Shown in pieces: positions 39,129-45,931 of a stretch of 64,000 nt of DNA. Source of the stretch: an uncultured bacterium (GTDB lineage Bacteria > Bacillota_I > Bacilli_A > RFN20 > CAG-826); contig CASFSG010000027.1 in the NCBI GenBank assembly GCA_949297305.1, positions 4,924 through 68,923 of the forward strand, given 5' to 3'. Each line of letters begins with the position of its first letter. The stretch's first letter is position 1. Under the pieces are notes generated by a model. It was not told the origin of the DNA. It did not search any database and worked only from the letters and a program-made list of their open reading frames with translations. A program made the translations under genes and the position numbers.

Positions 39129-40096
39129 ATTAACCCCCAAATAAGTTCGGCAAATTCAGGATAATCAATAAAAGGATTTCGATTTCCTTGATAGGAATAA
39201 GCACCGTTATTGCGATTAATTTCTTCTTCTGAAACAGGATCTAATTCGTGCCAAGAAAGCAACAAATCAAATGCTTCTTGTTTTGAACCATCAATCACTT
39301 CAGTAATAGGTAAATTACCAGAACCACTTGAAGATAATGTTCCAATTTTACTTGCGGTTTCTAAATTATTACTTCCTAGACCGCTAGGAGTGTTATAGTG
39401 CACAAACATGTACATAATGATGCGCGCGCAATCGCCTTTAGCAAAGTCCGTTGGTTCAAAAATATTTAAACTGTTGCTATAAGTGCCTCCCACATAGCGC
39501 GTCCCTTTATAAGTATAGGAAGATTCGGTGCCGTTAGTTAATTCACCAAAGAGTTTATTGCCACGATCTGAATTAATTGGATTAAATGTTGGTCTAATAT
39601 GATGCATATCTGAACCACCATTGCTTTCATTCCATAAGCCTTTACTTAAACTTTTTGGCCAAACATGTTCACGATTATATGTATTACCACTATCCCACAT
39701 ATTTTCAATCGAGGCATGAGAATAGAACATGTATAAACGACTGGGATTATTAGGATCATAATCGATATCAATTAAATCGCCAGAAGAACCACCGCGAAGT
39801 TGACCATAATCTGTATATGTTTTATGAGTGTCGACAATTAAATCATGAATTTCGCCTAATAAAGCAGTCCCACTAGTGTCACTAATATCAGAATAATATC
39901 CATTTGCAATATTGGCCCAAGGCGTGTCGCCTTGATTAGTTGAAGAACTTTCGCCACCATTAATAGAAGACGAATTATTCGATGACTCATCGACTGAATT
40001 TAATGAGGAACTATCTTCGCTCATTTTAAAAGTGCACGAAGAGACACTTACTAATGTGATAAATAGGATTGAAGTTAATCTAATTATATTTTTCAT
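39125..40096 (-). CDS. Lipoprotein extracellular nuclease, endonuclease I (Bsn/YurI-like) family
   Basis: Lipobox VSSC, Ser-rich linker, YNREHVWPKS, DMHHIRP, NSDRGN, GNRNPFIDYPE. Start probably at ATG 40096. Confidence 0.9.
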   Translation of the reverse strand: MKNIIRLTSILFITLVSVSSCTFKMSEDSSSLNSVDESSNNSSSINGGESSSTNQGDTPWANIANGYYSDISDTSGTALLGEIHDLIVDTHKTYTDYGQLRGGSSGDLIDIDYDPNNPSRLYMFYSHASIENMWDSGNTYNREHVWPKSLSKGLWNESNGGSDMHHIRPTFNPINSDRGNKLFGELTNGTESSYTYKGTRYVGGTYSNSLNIFEPTDFAKGDCARIIMYMFVHYNTPSGLGSNNLETASKIGTLSSSGSGNLPITEVIDGSKQEAFDLLLSWHELDPVSEEEINRNNGAYSYQGNRNPFIDYPEFAELIWGLI

Positions 40097-40120
40097 AATG
40101 TTTATTCTAGACATCTAAAA

Positions 40121-40146
40121 GAAAAAAATCCACAACGGGATTTTTC
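40121..40146 (-). terminator. Intrinsic terminator of rpmE
   Basis: Minus strand AAAAATCC-CGTTGT-GGATTTTTTT, about 20 nt past the rpmE stop. Confidence 0.75.
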
Positions 40147-40164
40147 TTATTTAATTTTGAATAA

Positions 40165-40368
40165 CTATTTTAGACCGTATTTTTTATTGAAGCGATCCAC
40201 GCGACCATCAGCTTGGGTAAAGCGTTGTTTGCCAGTATAATAAGGATGGCAATTTGAACAAGTATCAACGCGAATTTCTTTAAGAGTGGAACTTGTTTCA
40301 AAAGTCGTACCACAAGTTAAGCAAGTAACTGTAACTTTTTGGGTTTTTGGATGAATACCTTTTTTCAT
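40165..40368 (-). CDS. rpmE: 50S ribosomal protein L31 (Zn-binding type, CxxC...CxxC)
   Basis: MKKGIHP...CLTCG...[14 protein letters not shown]...[10 protein letters not shown]. Confidence 0.98.
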   Translation of the reverse strand: MKKGIHPKTQKVTVTCLTCGTTFETSSTLKEIRVDTCSNCHPYYTGKQRFTQADGRVDRFNKKYGLK

Positions 40369-40542
40369 ATTTTTAACTCCTTCCGCCTTGGATTATCTTA
40401 TCCAAAGAAAGTTTGCTTGATAAATATATCATTCTTTTAAATGATAAGCAATCATTATTTTATTAAAATAATTTTACTTTCTTAGCGATAAATTTAATCA
40501 TTTCTTTCCTACAAAATACGGCGGTTTTGCTGGAGGTTTATT

Positions 40543-41178
40543 TTAAATATTATCTTTTTGCGGTCTTTTTGTATTATATTCAGTCAAACTATTTAAATAA
40601 TTGTTGCGGTATTCTTCAACACAATAATTTAAAGGTAGATAGATGATTTCATTAGAAATGTCTTGCTTAGCGATAACGATGTTTAGACCTAGTTTAACAT
40701 TTGGAAGATGATTTTTTCTAAGATAGGCAAAAGACAAATAAACAAGATGTCCTTCACTCAATTCTGCGTCTAATTCTAAATAACGCGGCTCGCTTAATTC
40801 TAATGTCAAAGCATCATATAATTTGCGGTTTCTTTTCTTATTTTCCTTATCGCTAATAAACTTGAGAATATTATCGTTTATTTTTTGATAAATTTCTGGA
40901 TTAGTGTCAAAAACGGATTCGGGTGAGAAAATTAGCCACGACGAAATAGCATCTTCTTGACTTAAAGAGCTACGATAAATCCTAATAATGTAAGCATAAT
41001 AAATATTGCCTTCTAAAATTAATTTCTTTTTTCGGAAATAGCGAAATGAAAATAAATCAATAAAAGAGGAGCGAAAATCACTCCTCCCACACAAATATCT
41101 AATTTCGTTCTTGCTTAAATTATTCTTACTAGCGTTAAAAGATTCCCGCGTCTTATTGATAAGAGTCAAATAATTCAT
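40543..41178 (-). CDS. Hypothetical protein
   Basis: 211-codon ORF whose start shares a base with the degV stop; no recognised motif. Confidence 0.65.
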   Translation of the reverse strand: MNYLTLINKTRESFNASKNNLSKNEIRYLCGRSDFRSSFIDLFSFRYFRKKKLILEGNIYYAYIIRIYRSSLSQEDAISSWLIFSPESVFDTNPEIYQKINDNILKFISDKENKKRNRKLYDALTLELSEPRYLELDAELSEGHLVYLSFAYLRKNHLPNVKLGLNIVIAKQDISNEIIYLPLNYCVEEYRNNYLNSLTEYNTKRPQKDNI

Positions 41179-42035
41179 TATTTCTTAATGTATAAAATGC
41201 CAATGGTGTTTGGACCACAGTGGCTAGAAACCACACACCCGGCGCGCGTTTCCATAATATTAACATCTTCACCCATAACTTCTTTTACTAAACCGCGAAC
41301 CCTGTCGATATCTTCTCTTGCACACCCCGAATGCGTCACCATAATGTGATCGGTGTCAATATTAGGATAATCGTTCTTTAAATCCTCAATTAAAACATCT
41401 AAACATTTAGAAAATTTACCGCGAGGTTTTTTATAAACAACCATCGCGCCATCAACGACTTTGATATTTGGATGAATTGATAAAAGATGTCCAAATAATT
41501 TCGTTGCTCCACTACAACGTCCGCCTCGATGTAAATAATCTAATTTATCAATGACAAATTGAGCATTGACGTTTTTTACTAATGCGTTAACTAAGTTAAA
41601 AATTTCTTCAGCACTTTTGCCTTCGTCGCGATATTTGCACATTTTAAGCACTAATAAGCCAGTGCCAGTTGATAAGCTAGCGCTATCAACTACAAAAACA
41701 TGATTATCAAAATCTTTTGCAACTATGCAGGCGGTTTTATACGACGTGGACATTTTTCCACCGATACCGGTGTAGATTACATCATAACCTTGATCAACCC
41801 ATTTTCTAAAAACATTTTCAAAACGCGAAGGAGAAGCCGCGCTTGTTTTTGGAAATAAATTTTCCTTACTTTCTTCAACACGTCGATAAACTTGATCGGG
41901 TGTAATATCGACACCATCTAAAAAGGATTCTTCACCAAAATTCACTTCTAGCGGTAAAACTTCAATATTGTATTGTTCGTAGTCTTTAGGATTTAAATCA
42001 GCAGTCGAATCGCAGATAACTTTAACTTTTCTCAT
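41178..42035 (-). CDS. DegV-family fatty-acid-binding protein (FakB-like)
   Basis: ICDSTADL, PKTSAAS, VDSASLSTGTG, LDYLHRGGRC, SSHCGPNTIGI. RBS GAGGAG before ATG 42035. Confidence 0.93.
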   Translation of the reverse strand: MRKVKVICDSTADLNPKDYEQYNIEVLPLEVNFGEESFLDGVDITPDQVYRRVEESKENLFPKTSAASPSRFENVFRKWVDQGYDVIYTGIGGKMSTSYKTACIVAKDFDNHVFVVDSASLSTGTGLLVLKMCKYRDEGKSAEEIFNLVNALVKNVNAQFVIDKLDYLHRGGRCSGATKLFGHLLSIHPNIKVVDGAMVVYKKPRGKFSKCLDVLIEDLKNDYPNIDTDHIMVTHSGCAREDIDRVRGLVKEVMGEDVNIMETRAGCVVSSHCGPNTIGILYIKK

Positions 42036-42122
42036 TTTTGCTCCTCTCATTAATCTTTAAATATTTTACTATATTTAGAATTTATAGTAAGCATTTTTTA
42101 AATTTATGATATAATACCAAAT

Positions 42123-42833
42123 ATGGAAACAAGACAAACCAAAAAAGAAAAAAAGACCAAAGTTGTCAAAGGTTGGTGGGAAGATTTTAAGAAATTTATC
42201 TCTCGTGGTAATGTCATCGATATGGCTGTTGGTGTCGTTATTGGCGGTGCGTTCTCAGCCATTGTTACAGCTGTTACAAACATTTTACTCAGCGTTTGTA
42301 CCTGGGCTGTTCCTGGTGGATTAAATGGTTTAATTACTATTTTACCAGCTGCTAGCGCAAATCAAAGAGGTCTCAATGAAAGCTTAGGCTTAGGTCAATC
42401 ATTTGCAAAAGGTGATTTACAATCGCTTGCCCAGGCTTTGGCTGAAAAGACTTATGGAGCAGATGTTGCCGATAATTTAGTGGAAAGCGCCAAAGCAACA
42501 ATTACTAGCAACTACACTCTTTATGGTGGTGTTTACGCTTATAACCAAGCCGCTATCATTAACTGGGGTGCGGTAATTAACGCGATAATTTCTTTCTTAA
42601 TTATTGCTTTAACCTTATTCATCATTTTAAAGGTTTATAATGCTTTAAAGAAAAAACGTCTTGCCTTCATCGCTGCCGAAAAAGAAAAATATTATCAAAA
42701 GCACCCTGAAGAAAGACCGGTTGTTGTTAAAGAAGAAAAGAAACCAACTGAAGCTGAATTATTAACTGAAATTCGCGATTTGTTAAAAGCAAACGCCGCT
42801 GCTAGTCAAATAACAAAACAAAATGAAAATTAA
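42123..42833 (+). CDS. mscL: Large-conductance mechanosensitive channel with an extended extracellular loop
   Basis: DFKKFISRGNVIDMAVGVVIGGAF (S1/TM1), NWGAVINAIISFLIIA (TM2), C-terminal AELLTEIRDLL. Confidence 0.92.
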   Translation: METRQTKKEKKTKVVKGWWEDFKKFISRGNVIDMAVGVVIGGAFSAIVTAVTNILLSVCTWAVPGGLNGLITILPAASANQRGLNESLGLGQSFAKGDLQSLAQALAEKTYGADVADNLVESAKATITSNYTLYGGVYAYNQAAIINWGAVINAIISFLIIALTLFIILKVYNALKKKRLAFIAAEKEKYYQKHPEERPVVVKEEKKPTEAELLTEIRDLLKANAAASQITKQNEN

Positions 42834-43200
42834 CCAAAAAATTGAGTATTTAAAGACTTACTATCATTTAAACGATCGAAAAATTCGTCGCATTTTAGGT
42901 GTTAAAAAAAATGTTTATGAAGCGATAATGCGCGATGAAATTATTCCGCCAATCGATCAAATTAGACCACTGTGTGAATATTTCAAACTTAATGCTTTCT
43001 ATTTTATGATGGAAAATGTCGATTTAAAAACGACGCGCGAATTAAAAACTAGCGATATTGTTTTAGATGACATGACTTATAAAATGCAAGAGGAACGCAT
43101 TAATCGCGCTTTAGAACAAACATCTAATAATCCCGAATTAGAAAAAATAGTCCGCGAGGAAGAACCTCACGAAGACTATTTTAGATACGAAGAAGAATAA
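42823..43200 (+). CDS. XRE-like HTH domain protein
   Basis: KIEYLK...IRRILGVKKNVYEAI...P...QIRPLCEYFKL pattern; acidic C-terminus. Confidence 0.55.
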   Translation: MKINQKIEYLKTYYHLNDRKIRRILGVKKNVYEAIMRDEIIPPIDQIRPLCEYFKLNAFYFMMENVDLKTTRELKTSDIVLDDMTYKMQEERINRALEQTSNNPELEKIVREEEPHEDYFRYEEE

Positions 43201-43205
43201 TTGAT

Positions 43206-44324
43206 TTAGTCATGAGACAAATCCCAATCAGGATGAGCCTCTAACACTTTATTTAAAGCTTCTTTGTATAATTGTTTCTCGGCTTCGGCCCTAGAACTAA
43301 TAGCCCTTTTTAGGGCTTTTTGTTTGCGAGAATTTACATATTGAACTTCACCTTTTGATTCTTCAATTAGGCCGGCAATTAAAACATAAGCCCTAACCGA
43401 TTCCATAGAAACATCGTTTGAGATGAAGCGTTTAAGCGAATCGCTTAAAGTTTCATAATATTTTTTTGCTTCCTCTATTGGCTTAGTCATTAATTGAATG
43501 TAGAGTTTCTGGGCGACGAGGCGATTATATGTCGAGGTGGAAATAGCCTTTGGATTGATGATAATTAAATCAATTTTTTCTTCAGCTTCTTGATACTCTT
43601 TTTTGCTTAAACATTCATAAACATAAGACAAATTTAAAGAAGCAGTAAAATCGGTTATTTCCTCAAAGAACGGGATGCTTTGAATTTCTTTACCTTCTAA
43701 TTGCATCTCTTCAACGCGCATCAATTCATTAAAAGCTTTAATATTAATAGGTTTAGAAAACAAAACGAGACGATAACCATCATTCATCGAATCCAAACGA
43801 GCCGGAAACAAATTATATACCGCAATCATCGCTCCTAAAGCGAGGAAAATTACACCGCCTAATCCTAAAATGACAAGCGCTTCGCTTGCGATGTTTTGTT
43901 GAGCTAAAACATAAAAAGTAGTCGTTAACGCTAGTTCTATAACAAAGAACAAAATTGGAAATAAAACATATGGTTTAGGATTTGCTTTATCGCTTTTAGG
44001 CGCGACGCGCGTTTCGCCAACTAGACCATCAAAATTTTTAAAACCAAAATGCCATTTGCCTTTGTCTTTATAGATGCACATCCATAAGACATTAAAAGAG
44101 GTGATTTTATATTTTCCAATTAAAGCACCTAACACATGTCCAATTTCTAAAAACAAAACGTTGACAAATAATCCAATAACAATCGCTAAAATAACAAACA
44201 AATACGGATTGAGAGGCAGAGTCATTTCTGCAAAAAGTGGTCTTAAAATAACTAGCCCGACAATTAATGCGATAGCAATCATTAAAAAATACGCTACTAG
44301 AGATAATAAATCTTCTTTTTTCAT
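43206..44324 (-). CDS. M50 peptidase-like membrane protein with a degenerate zinc motif and helical C-terminal domain
   Basis: FLEIGH in place of HExxH, NLFP...NDG motif, about five TM spans. Start placed at ATG 44324; the ORF track extends to 44375. Confidence 0.7.
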   Translation of the reverse strand: MKKEDLLSLVAYFLMIAIALIVGLVILRPLFAEMTLPLNPYLFVILAIVIGLFVNVLFLEIGHVLGALIGKYKITSFNVLWMCIYKDKGKWHFGFKNFDGLVGETRVAPKSDKANPKPYVLFPILFFVIELALTTTFYVLAQQNIASEALVILGLGGVIFLALGAMIAVYNLFPARLDSMNDGYRLVLFSKPINIKAFNELMRVEEMQLEGKEIQSIPFFEEITDFTASLNLSYVYECLSKKEYQEAEEKIDLIIINPKAISTSTYNRLVAQKLYIQLMTKPIEEAKKYYETLSDSLKRFISNDVSMESVRAYVLIAGLIEESKGEVQYVNSRKQKALKRAISSRAEAEKQLYKEALNKVLEAHPDWDLSHD

Positions 44325-44486
44325 CTTGTATTTTTTCCCTTCTAGACTAAGTCTATTGTTTAGTGATTTGACCAATCACACGTGTGTCAACTTCTAAACG
44401 ATGGGTTATAATCATTTGTCATTTCTTGACGTAGAAATATGATAACATGACACATTATTTTTTCAATCAATTACATTTTTTTATTC

Positions 44487-45032
44487 TCATAAATGATCAA
44501 TTTTCGCTTCTTCGATGTGCTTGTTCATAAAATAATTCCAAATGCTTTTAAGCCTTTTTTTAAATTTGGTCGCACCTTCTTTTTTACTTGAAGAAACATA
44601 ATAAGAAAATTCTAACGCAAGAACATTTGATAAGCATCTTTCTAAAGCAAGGATAAAAGTTTTAGACACGTTAGTTTGAATGTTTAAACGAAAGTATTGT
44701 TGTAACTTTTCATAAATAAAAGAACTAAAAAAATTATCGATTAAATCCCCGGCATAAGACTTTTTAACTTCTTGCAAAAAGTGTAAATTTTGATTGATAT
44801 AACGATTGATGGCTTCATAAATATTATCAAAATTAATTTCGCTTTTAGTAAAAACAATTTGTTCACGAAGCATCGTTGCCGCTAAAAGGTCATAGATATC
44901 ACGGAAATGATAATAAAATGTTTGACGATTGCTCCCAACATATTTACATAAAGAAACGACGCTGATATCTTCTAAAGAAGATTTTTCAATTAGTTCTTTA
45001 ATTCCCTTTTTAAAAATTGCTTCTTTCTTCAT
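44487..45032 (-). CDS. TetR/AcrR-family regulator (DhaS-like)
   Basis: ISVVSLCKYVGSNRQTFYYHFRDIYDL. Confidence 0.88.
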   Translation of the reverse strand: MKKEAIFKKGIKELIEKSSLEDISVVSLCKYVGSNRQTFYYHFRDIYDLLAATMLREQIVFTKSEINFDNIYEAINRYINQNLHFLQEVKKSYAGDLIDNFFSSFIYEKLQQYFRLNIQTNVSKTFILALERCLSNVLALEFSYYVSSSKKEGATKFKKRLKSIWNYFMNKHIEEAKIDHL

Positions 45033-45931
45033 CTTAATTTTATTAATTCTCGTGCGACTTTCGCACCCAAAGAGGCGTTATTTAAGACTAACTTAATATT
45101 TGCTTCTAAAGATTCGCCGCCGGTTTTTTTAACGATGCTTTTTAACAAATACGGCGTTATATCTTTGCCTTTAATATGATCTTTATCCGCTTCAAAAAGA
45201 GCTTCATTAATTACCTGATTCATCATTGTTTCATCCATAGAAAATTCTTCAGGAATTGGGTTAGCCACTAAAATTCCACCTTTTAGATTAAAATCCCTTT
45301 TTGCTTTAATAATCTCGGCAATTTCATAAGGTGAGGAAACAACATTTTCGGCTTTAATATGTGAATGACGCGTATAGAAATCAGCAATATCGTCGCTTTG
45401 ATAGGACAAGACAGTGACACCTTTGGTTTCTAAAATTTCTAAAGTTAGAGGAATATCTAGAATCGCTTTAATGCCACTAGAAATAACGGTTACATCAGTG
45501 TTTTCTAATTCTTCTAAATCGGCAGAAATATCAAATGTTTCTTGCGCTTTTCGGTGCGCTCCACCAATTCCACCAGTGACAAAAACTTCTATTTTGGCTT
45601 TTGCGGCCAAAATCATTGTAGTCGCAACCGTCGTCGCGCCCCATTCTTTTTTAGCGATGACAATCGGCAAATCTTTGCGAGAGACTTTTTTGATGTTTTT
45701 GCGGTGTCCAAATTCTTCAATTTCTTCCTTGCTCATTCCAATAATTGGTTCACCATCAATAATTCCAATTGTCGCTGGTACAGCCCCCTCTTTTTCAATC
45801 ACTTCTTCAACCATCAAGGCGGTTTCAACATTGCGAGGATAGGGCATACCGTGCGAAATAATAGTCGATTCTAATGCGACAACCGGCCGCTTATTATTCA
45901 AAGCTTCAATAACCTTCTTTGCTATTCGCAT
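45029..45931 (-). CDS. psuG: Pseudouridine-5'-phosphate glycosidase
   Basis: VALESTIISHGMPYP, KVSRKD, GATTVATTM, TGGIGGAHR, DISADL, KDITPYLL, NIKLVLNNA. Confidence 0.97.
   Translation of the reverse strand: MRIAKKVIEALNNKRPVVALESTIISHGMPYPRNVETALMVEEVIEKEGAVPATIGIIDGEPIIGMSKEEIEEFGHRKNIKKVSRKDLPIVIAKKEWGATTVATTMILAAKAKIEVFVTGGIGGAHRKAQETFDISADLEELENTDVTVISSGIKAILDIPLTLEILETKGVTVLSYQSDDIADFYTRHSHIKAENVVSSPYEIAEIIKAKRDFNLKGGILVANPIPEEFSMDETMMNQVINEALFEADKDHIKGKDITPYLLKSIVKKTGGESLEANIKLVLNNASLGAKVARELIKLR

Noticed and set aside
39930-40030. Ser/Asn-rich run in the nuclease as a possible repeat element
   Set aside because: It is a typical lipoprotein tether; no exact nucleotide repeat units.
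44377-44386. CACACGTGTG as a possible parS site near the origin
   Set aside because: Only the central CACGTG matches; the flanks do not fit TGTTTCACGTGAAACA. No parA or parB in the window.
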